A DNA stretch of 64,000 nt from Candidatus Omnitrophota bacterium (GCA_030698625.1 JAUYMS010000048.1:218404-282403), one strand, 5' to 3'. Positions 1 through 11,073 are shown, numbered from the stretch's first letter. Made by a program: numbers and translations. The notes: a model not told the origin generated them from the letters alone.

Positions 1-692
1 CGCAACATGACGGTGACGTCAGCCTGAAACAGATACAGAGCGACGTCAAAAAGTACATCGTTCAAAAAGTTATTCCCGCCAAGTTTTTAGACTCGCGAAC
101 CAAAATTCATGTTAATCCGACGGGCCGCTTTGAAATAGGCGGTCCCCACGGGGATACGGGTCTGACCGGCCGTAAGATTATCGTCGATACCTACGGGGGT
201 GTTGGTGCGCACGGCGGTGGCGCCTTCAGCGGTAAGGATCCGACTAAAGTCGACCGGTCTGCTTCTTATTTTGCGCGGTATGTAGCCAAGAACCTGGTTG
301 GGGCAAAAGTTGCTCGCAGATGTGAAATCCAAGTCTCCTACGCTATCGGAGTTGCGGAGCCGGTTTCAATTATGGTGAATACCTTTGGCACGAGCTCGTA
401 TTCGGACGCTGAAGTGGTAGAAGCGGTTCGCAAGGTGTTCGACTTTCGGCCTGCAGGTATCATCAAGAAGCTCAACCTGCGCCGGCCAATTTTTAGGAAT
501 ACGGCCGCGTATGGGCACTTCGGTCGCAATGAAGAGGGCTTTACGTGGGAAAAGCTTGATTCCGTTAACAAAATTAAACAAGCACTCAAAGGAAAATCAA
601 CCAATTCGAGCAGAAAGGAATCCGCGACGAAGCGGAAAAGCAGACATGAAATTCGACATCAAGAAAGCCGGACTAGCCTCTCAAGGTACTAA
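1..692 (+). CDS. metK: S-adenosylmethionine synthetase, 5'-truncated by window edge
   Basis: Frame from nt 3 reads ...[30 protein letters not shown]...[17 protein letters not shown]...TAAYGHFGR, the MetK signature motifs; continues into ORF 372..692. Confidence 0.97.
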   Translation, partial: QHDGDVSLKQIQSDVKKYIVQKVIPAKFLDSRTKIHVNPTGRFEIGGPHGDTGLTGRKIIVDTYGGVGAHGGGAFSGKDPTKVDRSASYFARYVAKNLVGAKVARRCEIQVSYAIGVAEPVSIMVNTFGTSSYSDAEVVEAVRKVFDFRPAGIIKKLNLRRPIFRNTAAYGHFGRNEEGFTWEKLDSVNKIKQALKGKSTNSSRKESATKRKSRHEIRHQESRTSLSRY

Positions 693-1902
693 ACGCATCG
701 TTTGGGCCGATCGGACGATGCCCGTTCTGGCTCAGATTCGCCAGCGTTTCACAAAGCAGAAGCCTCTCAAGGGCCTTCGGATCGCCGCTTGCCTGCATGT
801 GACGACTGAAACTGCCAATCTCATGAGAACCCTCAAGGCGGGGGGTGCCGATGTAGTGCTCTGTGCGTCAAATCCGCTGAGCACTCAGGATGACACGGCC
901 GCATCGCTCGTTAAAGAATATGGCATTAGTACCTACGCGATTAAGGGTGAGAACAACAAGAGCTATTACTCTCATATCCGCAGCACGCTTGAGCATCACC
1001 CCAACATTACGATGGATGACGGTGCCGATCTAGTCTCTGAGTTGCATGGTAAGATGCGCAGCCACATGAACGGCATTATCGGCGGGACGGAAGAAACGAC
1101 GACCGGTGTCATTCGTCTACGAAGTCTTCAGGCGCAAGGTTTGCTTGCTTACCCGATCGTTGCCATCAACGATGCCAACACGAAGCACTTCTTCGATAAT
1201 CGCTACGGAACGGGTCAATCGACGATTGACGGTATCATGCGCGCTACTAACTACCTCATTGCCGGAAGCGCATTTGTGGTTTGCGGCTATGGGTGGTGCG
1301 GCCGCGGTCTCGCGAGTCGTGCGCGCGGCATGGGTGCTCATGTCATTGTGACAGAAATTGATCCGTTGCGTGCTCTCGAAGCCGTGATGGATGGATTTGA
1401 AGTTATGCCGATCAAGGATGCTGCCAAGAAAGGCGATGTCTTTGTCACGGTAACGGGGAATCTCAACGTAATTCGCAAAGAGCATTTCCCAAAGATGAAG
1501 GACGGAGCAATTATTGCTAACTCCGGTCATTTCAATGCGGAAATCGAAATCCCGGCTCTTCGTAAGATGGCTCGGAAGGCCCGCATTGTTCGGGAATTTG
1601 TCGAAGAGTTCACTCTGGCAAACGGTCGGCGCATCTGCTTGTTGGCCGACGGTCGTTTGGTAAACTTATCTGCTGCCGAAGGGCATCCGGCGGCAGTGAT
1701 GGATATGTCGTTTGCCAATCAAGCCCTGGTTGTGGAGTATATGGTCAAGAGCGGCCGTATGCTGGAAAAGAGAGTTTATGACGTTCCCCCGCGTATCGAT
1801 GCGGAGGTGGCGCGGCTCAAGCTCGCGGCTATGGGTGTTTCGATTGATCGTCTCACTCCCGAGCAGAAGAAGTATCTCGCTTCCTGGGAGATGGGAACTT
1901 AA
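646..1902 (+). CDS. ahcY: Adenosylhomocysteinase (SAH hydrolase)
   Basis: [45 protein letters not shown] motifs; start moved to ATG 646 (MKFDIK). Confidence 0.96.
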   Translation: MKFDIKKAGLASQGTKRIVWADRTMPVLAQIRQRFTKQKPLKGLRIAACLHVTTETANLMRTLKAGGADVVLCASNPLSTQDDTAASLVKEYGISTYAIKGENNKSYYSHIRSTLEHHPNITMDDGADLVSELHGKMRSHMNGIIGGTEETTTGVIRLRSLQAQGLLAYPIVAINDANTKHFFDNRYGTGQSTIDGIMRATNYLIAGSAFVVCGYGWCGRGLASRARGMGAHVIVTEIDPLRALEAVMDGFEVMPIKDAAKKGDVFVTVTGNLNVIRKEHFPKMKDGAIIANSGHFNAEIEIPALRKMARKARIVREFVEEFTLANGRRICLLADGRLVNLSAAEGHPAAVMDMSFANQALVVEYMVKSGRMLEKRVYDVPPRIDAEVARLKLAAMGVSIDRLTPEQKKYLASWEMGT

Positions 1903-1924
1903 GCCTAAAGTAGGAATCAGAATT

Positions 1925-1963
1925 AAAAAACCCCGGCGCCATTAACGGCGCCGGGGTTTTTTT
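1925..1963. terminator. Bidirectional intrinsic terminator between convergent ahcY and nuoN
   Basis: AAAAAA-CCCCGGCGCC-attaac-GGCGCCGGGG-TTTTTTT: perfect 10-bp GC stem with A and T tracts on the flanks. Confidence 0.92.
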
Positions 1964-1978
1964 GTGTCTGCTTAAGAC

Positions 1979-3397
1979 TTAAAGTGGAACGATCTGTGAG
2001 ATGAAACCGAGCAGGGGGCCAGGAAAGATACCTAAGGCGATGGTTCCTATGAGCATAAGACACAAAGCCAATGCCAACGAAAAGGAAGGGCTAATCGGGT
2101 CTTCGTCAGAAGCCGGCACCAGGTACATCTGCCGGATGACTCTGAAGTAATAATAGGCCGCAACCGCGCTGTTGAGCGCAGCAACAACGGCGATTGAAAC
2201 AAAACCTGCCTCAAGCGCACTCGTAAACACATAGAACTTTCCGATAAACCCCGCGAACGGCGGCATCCCTGCCAGCGACAATAGGAAAATAGTCAGGCTA
2301 GCCGCGAGCAAAGGTGCTCGACGCCCCAAGCCGGAATAAGATTCTAGTTCGTCACTTTGGAACCGGTTGGAGACCGCAATCACCACGACAAAAGCCCCGA
2401 GATTTGTAAAAGCATATGCAATGAGATAGATCAGCACAGCTCGCAACCCGGTGTCTGAAAAGGCAACGATCCCCATGAGGATGTAGCCCGCCTGAGCGAT
2501 GCTGGAGTAGGCCAAGAGGCGCTTAATGTTATTCTGGGCAATGGCTACGACATTACCGATCGTCATGGTAAGAATCGACAGGACAAAGATCAACGAACTC
2601 CAATGGCTGTATAAATGGTCAAATGACCCGGCGAGGACGCGTATAAGGACCGCAAAACCCAGCGCTTTGGGGCCTACCGTTAAAAAGGCCGTCACGGGTG
2701 TAGGCGCTCCCTGATACACATCGGGAGCCCACATATGGAACGGGGCCATGGAGATTTTGAAACCGAGACCTACGAGTATGAGCATGAGTGAAATAAGGCC
2801 GAGGTCGGCGAATCCGGAGCCTGCGAGTTGAGCTCGAATGACATCGAGGTCGAGCGAACCCGTAGCACCGAACAGAAGCGACATCCCAAAAAGCATAATG
2901 GCTGAAGCCAAGCTGCCGAACAGAAGATATTTCGCGGAAGCCTCTTTGGAGCCAGGATCGTCCTTGAGGAATCCGACGAGAAGATAAGACACTATAGAAA
3001 CAAATTCGACGGCAAGGAAAATCATAAGAAGATTAGTCGCGGCCGACATTAGAATTAAGCCGAATGCCATAAAGAGAAAGAGGGAATAATACTCGCTTTG
3101 ATAGGCCTTCGGCATTCGCGCATAAGACAGAGAGGTGAGGATTGTCACACCCACAATCCCGAGAGCCGCGTATCGGAAAAAATGCGTGAATGCATCCAGC
3201 TGGAAGAATCCTGAAAAAAGGGCCTGAGGTTCTGCCGGCAGCCGCGCCAGGCAGGCAGTGGCTACTAGGATGACAAGGCCCGTGATGCCGATGAGCTTTT
3301 TGTTTGTCACGAAGAAATCGGCAAACAGGACGGCAAAGGCGCCTATCAAGAGAAGAATCTCGGGTATAAAAAAGGGTATGCTGTCGATTGCGCTCAA
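1979..3397 (-). CDS. nuoN: NADH-quinone oxidoreductase subunit N
   Basis: Polytopic; EASAKYLLFG, FKISMAPFHMWAPDVYQGAPTP, KRLLAYSSIAQAGY, SLAGMPPFAGFIGK. Confidence 0.95.
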   Translation of the reverse strand: MSAIDSIPFFIPEILLLIGAFAVLFADFFVTNKKLIGITGLVILVATACLARLPAEPQALFSGFFQLDAFTHFFRYAALGIVGVTILTSLSYARMPKAYQSEYYSLFLFMAFGLILMSAATNLLMIFLAVEFVSIVSYLLVGFLKDDPGSKEASAKYLLFGSLASAIMLFGMSLLFGATGSLDLDVIRAQLAGSGFADLGLISLMLILVGLGFKISMAPFHMWAPDVYQGAPTPVTAFLTVGPKALGFAVLIRVLAGSFDHLYSHWSSLIFVLSILTMTIGNVVAIAQNNIKRLLAYSSIAQAGYILMGIVAFSDTGLRAVLIYLIAYAFTNLGAFVVVIAVSNRFQSDELESYSGLGRRAPLLAASLTIFLLSLAGMPPFAGFIGKFYVFTSALEAGFVSIAVVAALNSAVAAYYYFRVIRQMYLVPASDEDPISPSFSLALALCLMLIGTIALGIFPGPLLGFISQIVPL

Positions 3398-4866
3398 GGC
3401 AGAATCGCTCCCATGTTGGCCAACATGGCATCAATTGTCGGGGTCATGTATTGCAAAATAATGCTCGGGTAGATTCCCACGACAACAATCAAAATCATGA
3501 GGGGAACCAAGGTGAAGATCTCACGCCCGTTGATCTCAGCAAGCCCACGCCACTTTTCATTTAAAGGACCCAGTAAGATGCGCTGAAGCATATAGAGGAG
3601 ATAGGTGGCAGCCAGGATAATGCCGATACAGGCCAGGCCGGTGTAAAACTTGTGATACTGATAGCTGCCTAAAAGCGTCATGAATTCGCTGATGAAGCCG
3701 CTCAGCCCCGGCAGCCCTAAGGAAGCCATGGAGTAAAAGATTAATATTCCCGCGTATATGGGGACTTGGGAACCGATGCCGCCGAATGCGTTTAGGTCAC
3801 GGGTGTGTGTGCGGTCGTAAAGCACACCAACGAGCAAGAAGAGCCCCCCTGTGATGGTTCCATGGGTAAACATTTGAAGCATCGCACCGTTAAGCCCGAT
3901 CGAATTGAGTGCAGCGAGGCCCAACAGGACAAAGCCCATGTGACTTACGCTTGAATAAGCCACCATCTTCTTAAAATCGCTTTGGGCAAGGGCACAGAAC
4001 CCGCCGTAGACAATACCGATCACAGCCAATAGCGCCATGGCTGGCCGAAACCACATGGCGGCATCCGGAAATAGGGGGTAACTGAACCTAAAAAAGCCGT
4101 AAGTGCCCATTTTTAAAAGGACGCCCGCAAGAATGACGCTGATAGGCGTCGGGGCCTCGACATGCGCATCTGGAAGCCAGGTGTGAAAGGGGAAAATCGG
4201 AACCTTAATGGCGAATCCTAAAAAGAATGCCATGAAGATGATTTTCTGAAAGCCAAAATCAAACCCGGTTTGGGTAATAACCGTGAGATCAAAGGTGTGC
4301 GGGGAAGTCTTCAAGTAGAGAGCCAAGATGCCGAGCAACATAAAGAGACTACCCGCAAGGGTGTAGAGAAAAAACTTAATGGCCGCATACTCTTTTCTCG
4401 GGCCTCCCCATATGCCGATGAGAAAGTACATGGGGACGAGGACGATTTCCCAGAACACGTAGAATAGGAAAAGATCGAGCGCGAGAAATGTGCCCATCAT
4501 GCCCGTTTCAAGCAACAGGTAGAGCAGGTAGTACTCCTTCTGCCTTTCGGTGATGTTAAAGGACGCGACACAGGCTAAAAGCGACATGATCGCGGTAAGG
4601 AACACCATTGGAAAGCTGATGCCGTCGGTTCCGAGGATGTACTGGACATTAAACTGCGGAATCCAGGCATGCCTCTGTACAAGCTGAAAGCCGCTCTGTG
4701 ACGGGTCAAAGCGAAAAAGCGCCATGACCGCTAGCAACAGCACAATCGAAGTCACGGCCGTTGCAATCCATTTAATTTTATCGGTTGCCGCCTTGGGGGT
4801 AAGCATTATCAGAAAGGAACCGATAAGCGGTGTGAAAACAATCCATGTTAAAAGGTGTGATTCCAT
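3394..4866 (-). CDS. nuoM: NADH-quinone oxidoreductase subunit M
   Basis: FWEIVLVPMY, AAIKFFLYT, PFHTWLPDAHVEAPT, LKMGTYG, AYSSVSHMG. Confidence 0.95.
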   Translation of the reverse strand: MESHLLTWIVFTPLIGSFLIMLTPKAATDKIKWIATAVTSIVLLLAVMALFRFDPSQSGFQLVQRHAWIPQFNVQYILGTDGISFPMVFLTAIMSLLACVASFNITERQKEYYLLYLLLETGMMGTFLALDLFLFYVFWEIVLVPMYFLIGIWGGPRKEYAAIKFFLYTLAGSLFMLLGILALYLKTSPHTFDLTVITQTGFDFGFQKIIFMAFFLGFAIKVPIFPFHTWLPDAHVEAPTPISVILAGVLLKMGTYGFFRFSYPLFPDAAMWFRPAMALLAVIGIVYGGFCALAQSDFKKMVAYSSVSHMGFVLLGLAALNSIGLNGAMLQMFTHGTITGGLFLLVGVLYDRTHTRDLNAFGGIGSQVPIYAGILIFYSMASLGLPGLSGFISEFMTLLGSYQYHKFYTGLACIGIILAATYLLYMLQRILLGPLNEKWRGLAEINGREIFTLVPLMILIVVVGIYPSIILQYMTPTIDAMLANMGAILP

Positions 4867-4878
4867 GTGTACTCCTTT

Positions 4879-6801
4879 TTATCTGAGCTCTAAATACATA
4901 AAGATTAAGACGCTCACAAACATGATGAGCATGTAGTTCTGTACAAACCCGGTTTGAATCCGTCGGATGACGGCACTCCAAAACTGCGTGAAATAACCCG
5001 TGAAATTGACCAACCCATCGACGACATACTTATCGAACAGGTCGTGAATGACGCTTGTAAACATCGTTCCTCTCCCCGTGCCGTTAACGGCCCCGTCGAC
5101 AACCTTTTGGTCAAAACCAAACATGATGCGGCCAAGCCAGTGGAAAGGGCGAATCAGGCACGCTACATAAAATTCGTCAAACCAGAGTTTGTTCAAAGAG
5201 GCCGTGTGTAGCGGGCGGAAAACTTTCGTTAGCGTTTCGGCAAGCAGGGGTTTGAGGATATACAGGATAAAAGCCAAGGATATGCCGCCAAGCCCGACAA
5301 TGACTGACGAGATCATGACGCCAATGTTGACTTCGTGATGGCCCTGATGGTGAAAGCCGTGGATGAAATTCTGATACCAATGGTGCATGAATGGTGAGCC
5401 CGGAAGGCCCATGACGATTGCCCCGACAGCTAATACCCAAAGAGGTAGAGTCATACTGAGAGGTGATTCATGCGCATGAATTTTTGGATTACGGGGTTTT
5501 CCGAAAAAGGTCAGGAATACGAGCCGAAACATATAAAACGCCGTCATGAAGGATGTCAGGATTAAAATCCAGTAAATCAAAGAGCTCTCTGACCGATAAG
5601 CTGTTAACAGGATTTCGTCTTTGCTCCAAAATCCCGACAGGGGAGGCACTCCGGCAATGGCGAGAGACGCGATTAAGAACGTCCAGGCCGTTGACTTCAT
5701 CTTGCCGAAAAGGCCGCCTAGTTCGCGGATATCCTGTGTCCCCGTGCCGTGAATAACGCTTCCGGCACCCATGAAGAGAAGCGCCTTGAAAAAGGCATGG
5801 GTCGTTAAGTGAAACGTTCCCGCTGCAAGTCCCCCCAAACCCAATGCTGTGACCATATAGCCGAGTTGAGATACGGTTGAATAGGCTAACACCTTCTTGA
5901 TGTCTGTCGCAGTGAGAGCAATGAAAGCGGCCATGAAGGCCGTAATCGTGCCGACAGTCGCGACAACCGTCATGGCCTGAGGGCAGGCCTCGAGAAGAGG
6001 AAAGGATCTGGCCACCAGGTATACTCCCGCGGCAACCATCGTCGCGGCGTGAATAAGTGCGCTGACAGGTGTCGGACCCTCCATGGCATCCGGAAGCCAC
6101 ACGTGCAGGGGAAACTGACCGGACTTCCCGATGGCTCCGCAGAATATCAGGACCATGGCCCAGGGAAGCAGCGCATTCTGCGCCTGGCTTTTTACGGCGT
6201 CTCCGAGCCCATCAAAATTGAGCGTTCCGATCGCGACGAATAAGGTCAGGATTCCAAGGAATAAACCTATGTCCCCGACGCGCGTCGTCAGGAATGCCTT
6301 CTTCGAGGCGTTCGCCGCAGAGTTTTTTTCAAACCAGAAACCGATTAAGAGGTATGAGCATAATCCCATAATCTCCCAGGACATAAAGAAGAGCATGTAG
6401 TTATTTGAAATCACCAGAGTGAGCATGGCAAACATAAAAAGCGAGACATAGGCGAAAAAACGGCTGAAGCGCGGGTCATCGTGCATGTAACCCATGGAAT
6501 AGATCTGAATCAGCGTTCCTACCAACGTCACCATGAAGAGAATCGTCGCTGAAAGGGGGTCTAGGAGATACCCCATCCGTACTGTGTACCCATCGAGAGC
6601 AAGCCAATCAAAGGCGTTCTGATAGACAGCGCCCGTAGACGCTACCTTCATGACAAGCGGCAAACTGATCGCAAAAGAGACCGCACTTGCGGCGATAGAG
6701 ATCCCGGCGCTCCTTTTCCCGACCTTCTTGCCAAAGAAAATATTGATCACAAAGGCAAGAAGCGGAAAAAGAGGAATGAGATAGGCGCTATCGGTTACCA
6801 T
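4879..6801 (-). CDS. nuoL: NADH-quinone oxidoreductase subunit L
   Basis: WEIMGLCSYLLIGFW, KAFLTTRVGD, GKSGQFPLHVWLPDAMEGPTPVSALIHAATMV, HAFFKALLF. Confidence 0.95.
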   Translation of the reverse strand: MVTDSAYLIPLFPLLAFVINIFFGKKVGKRSAGISIAASAVSFAISLPLVMKVASTGAVYQNAFDWLALDGYTVRMGYLLDPLSATILFMVTLVGTLIQIYSMGYMHDDPRFSRFFAYVSLFMFAMLTLVISNNYMLFFMSWEIMGLCSYLLIGFWFEKNSAANASKKAFLTTRVGDIGLFLGILTLFVAIGTLNFDGLGDAVKSQAQNALLPWAMVLIFCGAIGKSGQFPLHVWLPDAMEGPTPVSALIHAATMVAAGVYLVARSFPLLEACPQAMTVVATVGTITAFMAAFIALTATDIKKVLAYSTVSQLGYMVTALGLGGLAAGTFHLTTHAFFKALLFMGAGSVIHGTGTQDIRELGGLFGKMKSTAWTFLIASLAIAGVPPLSGFWSKDEILLTAYRSESSLIYWILILTSFMTAFYMFRLVFLTFFGKPRNPKIHAHESPLSMTLPLWVLAVGAIVMGLPGSPFMHHWYQNFIHGFHHQGHHEVNIGVMISSVIVGLGGISLAFILYILKPLLAETLTKVFRPLHTASLNKLWFDEFYVACLIRPFHWLGRIMFGFDQKVVDGAVNGTGRGTMFTSVIHDLFDKYVVDGLVNFTGYFTQFWSAVIRRIQTGFVQNYMLIMFVSVLIFMYLELR

Positions 6802-6815
6802 TTCAGCATATGATT

Positions 6816-7106
6816 TTAATCGGTGAAAATCGTCCTGCTAGTACGGTAAAGAGCCAGGACGATGGCCAAGCCCACAGCCGCGGCGGCAGCTGCCAAGGCG
6901 ATGACAAAAAAAGTAAAGATCTGGCCGGTGTCGGGACTCAATGCCGTGGTTCTGGAAAAAGCAACAAGATTGACGTTAACAGCATTCAGAATAAGTTCGA
7001 TGGAGATTAGGATCCCAATCAGATTACGGCGTACGAGAGTTCCATAGACCCCTATTGCAAAAAGCAACGTGCTGAACATGAGAATATGCTCCAAGGGAAT
7101 GATCAT
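6816..7106 (-). CDS. nuoK: NADH-quinone oxidoreductase subunit K; ends at an apparently premature TAA, frame continues NHMLKW* to 6795
   Basis: RRNLIGILISIELILNAVN, three TM segments, position between nuoJ and nuoL. Confidence 0.92.
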   Translation of the reverse strand: MIIPLEHILMFSTLLFAIGVYGTLVRRNLIGILISIELILNAVNVNLVAFSRTTALSPDTGQIFTFFVIALAAAAAAVGLAIVLALYRTSRTIFTD

Positions 7107-7630
7107 TGCTCTGCACCCTTCGGAGCGTCTTTGCGCGCGACGACAATGGCCCCGATTAATACTGCAAAAAGCACAATGGCGATAATCTCAAACGGAAGGA
7201 CGTAAGTCGTCATGAGTGATTCACCCAGGTCGCTTGCCGAAAAACTTGAAGTTACAGCTTCTTCTTTGACGGGCCACGGAGTCTTCCAAAGAATGCCTCC
7301 GAGCGTGACGACAAAACCGGCCGCTGCGACCGCGCCGAAAAGGCTCTGCTTGTTATTTTGTGCCACATCGCCGGCTCCGAGTCTTTGCGTCAACATAATG
7401 GCGAAGATGATAAGGGTCATGACGGCGCCGACATAGATGAGGATCTGTACCATCGCGAGAAATTCCGCGTGCATGGCCAGGTACATTCCGGCAACACCGA
7501 TCAAAACCCCTGCAAGTGCTAGGGCGCAATGGAACAGATTTCGAAGGGTTACCGCGGCAACCGCAGCAGCGAGGACGACGAACATCATCGCGTAGATGCC
7601 CAGCTGAGCAATAAATGTCAATTCTGTCAT
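7103..7630 (-). CDS. nuoJ: NADH-quinone oxidoreductase subunit J
   Basis: AEFLAMVQILIYVGAVMTL, YVLPFE; start moved to ATG 7630. Confidence 0.93.
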   Translation of the reverse strand: MTELTFIAQLGIYAMMFVVLAAAVAAVTLRNLFHCALALAGVLIGVAGMYLAMHAEFLAMVQILIYVGAVMTLIIFAIMLTQRLGAGDVAQNNKQSLFGAVAAAGFVVTLGGILWKTPWPVKEEAVTSSFSASDLGESLMTTYVLPFEIIAIVLFAVLIGAIVVARKDAPKGAEQ

Positions 7631-7631
7631 C

Positions 7632-8771
7632 TTAGTTCTCCGCGAAGGTGTATTCGCGTTTTTCCGGCACATAGGGACGATTGAGAGCGGTCAGAACCAT
7701 AAAGGCAACGACTAAACAAGCAATAGACCCGAAGGTCCGGATGACTCCGGAGGACATATACCAGAAACCCGCGACAACCACGTTGACCAATGCCATGGGG
7801 AGCAGAAACTTCCAGGCCAGGCCCATGAGTTGATCGATGCGTAGGCGCGGCAGCGTTCCGCGAAACCAGATCATGACAAAGATCAAAATGTAGGTCTTTA
7901 GAAGAAACCAAAACCAGGAAGGCAGAAAAGGCCCATGCCATCCGCCCAGAAAGATCGTTGCGGCCAGCGCCGAGATCGTGAATGTATTCATGAATTCCGC
8001 CATATAAAAAAGTGCGAATTTCATACCGCTGTATTCGGTATGAAAACCGGCTACGATTTCGGATTCGGCTTCCGCAAGATCGAAAGGGGATCGGTTGACT
8101 TCGGCGACACCACAGAGATAAAAGATAATAAAGGCTACGAATCCCCAGGGGGTGAACGCAAACCAGCGTTCGGCTTGAGCAGCGACAATCGCACCCGTCG
8201 AGAGGCTGCCGGCGATCATCAAAGCCGGAACCAGGGAAAGGACCATGGGCACCTCATAGGAAACCATCTGCGCTACCGCACGCATGGCTCCGAGAAGGGC
8301 GAACTTGTTGTGTGACCCCCAACCGGCGATAAAAATCGAAATCGTTGTCGTCGAAGAGACCGCGAGGAAATAAAGGATCCCGACATTGAGGTCGGCAGCG
8401 ATCATGCCCCGCCCGAACGGCAGCACAGCGAAGACCATGAGGGCCGGAACCACGATGGTGATAGGTGCAAGCAGATGCAGCAACTTGTCGGCCTTGTAGG
8501 GAACAATATCTTCTTTCGTTAGCATCTTGATTCCGTCAGCCACCGGCTGCAGAAGGCCGAATTTGCCGACACGGTTGGGACCGAGACGGTTTTGCATCCG
8601 TGCCACAACCTTTCTTTCGATGAGCGTCAGATACATCATGGTCAAGGGGCCGAATATGGCAATGCCCGTTGCGCTGATAAGAACGGAATGCACAGTGACA
8701 AGCCAGTCGGGCATGAAGGTGCCCAACATGCTTAACAAGGCCGTTTTAATTCCGACAAACAATTGATCCAT
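7632..8771 (-). CDS. nuoH: NADH-quinone oxidoreductase subunit H
   Basis: ERKVVARMQNRLGPNRVG, QPVADGIK, RSPFDLAEAESEIVAGFHTEYSG, PRLRIDQLM. Confidence 0.96.
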   Translation of the reverse strand: MDQLFVGIKTALLSMLGTFMPDWLVTVHSVLISATGIAIFGPLTMMYLTLIERKVVARMQNRLGPNRVGKFGLLQPVADGIKMLTKEDIVPYKADKLLHLLAPITIVVPALMVFAVLPFGRGMIAADLNVGILYFLAVSSTTTISIFIAGWGSHNKFALLGAMRAVAQMVSYEVPMVLSLVPALMIAGSLSTGAIVAAQAERWFAFTPWGFVAFIIFYLCGVAEVNRSPFDLAEAESEIVAGFHTEYSGMKFALFYMAEFMNTFTISALAATIFLGGWHGPFLPSWFWFLLKTYILIFVMIWFRGTLPRLRIDQLMGLAWKFLLPMALVNVVVAGFWYMSSGVIRTFGSIACLVVAFMVLTALNRPYVPEKREYTFAEN

Positions 8772-8774
8772 AGT

Positions 8775-9341
8775 TTAACTAGCAGTGCTCGGTGGTTTCG
8801 GGGGTTCTTTTTTTACGGCCTGCTTTTTGGCTTCGTCTTCTTGACGACGCGTGTCGATCGCTGCCGCGTCGGTCGGACGTATTTTGTGAAAGTGTTCATT
8901 GGACTTTAGAAGGTCGTCTTTGTGATACAATAACGACCCCTGGCGCTCGCGGCCGCTGATCTCAAATTCGTGATCCATGTAAATGGCATCAAACGGGCAG
9001 GCTTCCTCGCAAATGCCGCAATTCATACAAACAGTGAGATCGATATCGAAGATTTTCGGCTTCTTAAGGGGTTTCCCGTCAGTATCAAAGTCCCTAATAA
9101 TATAGATGCATTTCGGAGGACATTCCTTGGCGCAGATATCGCATGCGACGCAACGGAGATTCTCAGGCTCCTTGTCATAAATGAGGAATGGAAAATTACG
9201 GAAACGCTCTTTCTCCGGAAGCCTCTTTTCCGGGTATTGCGAAGTAAAAAGCCCGCCGTCTTCCGGCTTGCAGAAGTAGGACTGAATCATGTTTTTAAGC
9301 GTCACAAGCATGCCGCGTAAAACCCCGGAACCGTAAAACAT
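8775..9341 (-). CDS. nuoI: NADH-quinone oxidoreductase subunit I (2x[4Fe-4S])
   Basis: TSQYPE, CVACDICAKECP, CMNCGICEEACP. Confidence 0.92.
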   Translation of the reverse strand: MFYGSGVLRGMLVTLKNMIQSYFCKPEDGGLFTSQYPEKRLPEKERFRNFPFLIYDKEPENLRCVACDICAKECPPKCIYIIRDFDTDGKPLKKPKIFDIDLTVCMNCGICEEACPFDAIYMDHEFEISGRERQGSLLYHKDDLLKSNEHFHKIRPTDAAAIDTRRQEDEAKKQAVKKEPPKPPSTAS

Positions 9342-10495
9342 CAGCGGTCTACCTCCCCGAGAACGATATCAACGCTTCCCAGAATAACGACGGCATCTGC
9401 AACTTTGTGACCGACACACAAATCCTCGAGAATGGTCAGGTTTATAAAGGACGGGGCACGCACATGATAACGCCAGGGCTGCGGCGTGCCGTCGCTGACG
9501 ATATAGATGCCCAGTTCTCCTTTGGGCGCTTCGACACGAGCGTAGGATTCTCCGAGAGGAGGTTTGAAATTGCGCGGTGCCTTGACGAATGGAGCCATCT
9601 TCTTGGCCATGATCTCGCCGGCCGGGATTTCTTTAAGAGCCTGCTCCAGGATCTTGAGACTTTCGCGCATTTCCAAAATACGCACATAATAGCGGTCATA
9701 AACATCACCGACCTTGCCCAGAGGCACGCGGAACTTAAACCGGTCGTAGATCGAATAGTTATCAACCTTACGAATGTCGTAGTTGACTCCCGAGGCCCGC
9801 AGCATCGGGCCGGTGATGCTGGCACTAATGGCAAGCTCAGGCGAAAGAATACCCACATTCTGACAACGCATACATAGGATTTCATTTTTAGTCAGCAGTT
9901 TTTCGTACTCGTCTAGAAATTTGGGGAAACGGGAAACCACGTCTTTAATAGCTACGAGGGCCTCGCCCGAGAGATCGTATTTGACGCCGCCGAAACGGAA
10001 ATAATTGCACATCATGCGGGCTCCGGAAACCTCTTCAAAGATGTCCAGGATGCGCTCGCGTTCACGAAAGGCGTACAGCACCGGCGTGAAAAAAGCGCCC
10101 AAATCATTTAGTAGGAAGCCCGTCACCGAGACGTGGTTGACCAGGCGCGTTAGCTCCGACATGATAACGCGAATGTAATCGGCGCGTTCGGGTACTTCGA
10201 TCTGCGCCAGTTTTTCAACCGTGAGAGCATAGACGAAATTGTTGGTCATGGAGTTGAAGTAGTCGAGGCGATCGGTGTAGGGCATGGATCCCAGATAAAA
10301 CATGTTTTCCGCGATTTGTTCATGATTACGATGGAGATAGCCCATAACAGGCTTCAGCGAGACCACCGTTTCACCGTCGAGCTTCATATTCATTCGGAAT
10401 ACGCCGTGCGTGGACGGATGCTGAGGGCCTATATTAATATCGAGGGTCTGAGTGTCGATCGCGCCGGAATCTTGAAGAGTAACAGTCTTTTCCAT
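9341..10495 (-). CDS. nuoD: NADH-quinone oxidoreductase subunit D
   Basis: [44 protein letters not shown]; no NiFe CxxC ligands. Confidence 0.95.
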   Translation of the reverse strand: MEKTVTLQDSGAIDTQTLDINIGPQHPSTHGVFRMNMKLDGETVVSLKPVMGYLHRNHEQIAENMFYLGSMPYTDRLDYFNSMTNNFVYALTVEKLAQIEVPERADYIRVIMSELTRLVNHVSVTGFLLNDLGAFFTPVLYAFRERERILDIFEEVSGARMMCNYFRFGGVKYDLSGEALVAIKDVVSRFPKFLDEYEKLLTKNEILCMRCQNVGILSPELAISASITGPMLRASGVNYDIRKVDNYSIYDRFKFRVPLGKVGDVYDRYYVRILEMRESLKILEQALKEIPAGEIMAKKMAPFVKAPRNFKPPLGESYARVEAPKGELGIYIVSDGTPQPWRYHVRAPSFINLTILEDLCVGHKVADAVVILGSVDIVLGEVDR

Positions 10496-10500
10496 ATATA

Positions 10501-11073
10501 TCAGCTCGCCGGCGGAGTTGCTGGTTTGTCTTCAGCCGGGGCCGGGGGATTGAGCGCCTTCTGCCGCATCTCATCCGGGACTTTGACCCCGTTGCGATCG
10601 AGCCACTCAATATCGTCTTTGTCGAGTGTCTCCGAGTCCTCCTGCTCGTAGTCTTTGCGCATGGGAAAACCCTCGAAGCCTTCCCACATAAAGATTCGCC
10701 TTAAATCGGGGTGGCCCTCATAAGTAATGCCGTAAGTGTCGTAAGCCTCGCGTTCCTGAAACTCGGCACCTCGATAAATTGCAACCAGCGAGGGAATCTT
10801 CGGGTTGTCGCGCTTGACACGGACGCGCAAAACAACCGGCCCGATTCGCTTATCTATTGAATAAAGGTGATAAACCGTCTCCAGGTAATCCACAAAATCG
10901 CTTGCCGTTAGGGAAGAAAGGTAGTCGAGTCGAAGATCGGAATCACTCTTGAGTGCAAGTACGACATTGTGGAGGTCTGCAGGGTTCTCCACGAGCAGGC
11001 TGTCCCTAACCACTTTAATCTTGGCGGAAGGAACATTCTTTTCCAGTTTCGCTCGGATGTCTTCAGCTTTCAT
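10501..11073 (-). CDS. nuoC: NADH-quinone oxidoreductase subunit C
   Basis: [31 protein letters not shown]. Confidence 0.93.
   Translation of the reverse strand: MKAEDIRAKLEKNVPSAKIKVVRDSLLVENPADLHNVVLALKSDSDLRLDYLSSLTASDFVDYLETVYHLYSIDKRIGPVVLRVRVKRDNPKIPSLVAIYRGAEFQEREAYDTYGITYEGHPDLRRIFMWEGFEGFPMRKDYEQEDSETLDKDDIEWLDRNGVKVPDEMRQKALNPPAPAEDKPATPPAS

Noticed and set aside
6816-6818. Genome-wide TAA reassignment
   Set aside because: ahcY, rtcB, trxA and others end at TAA at their expected C-termini
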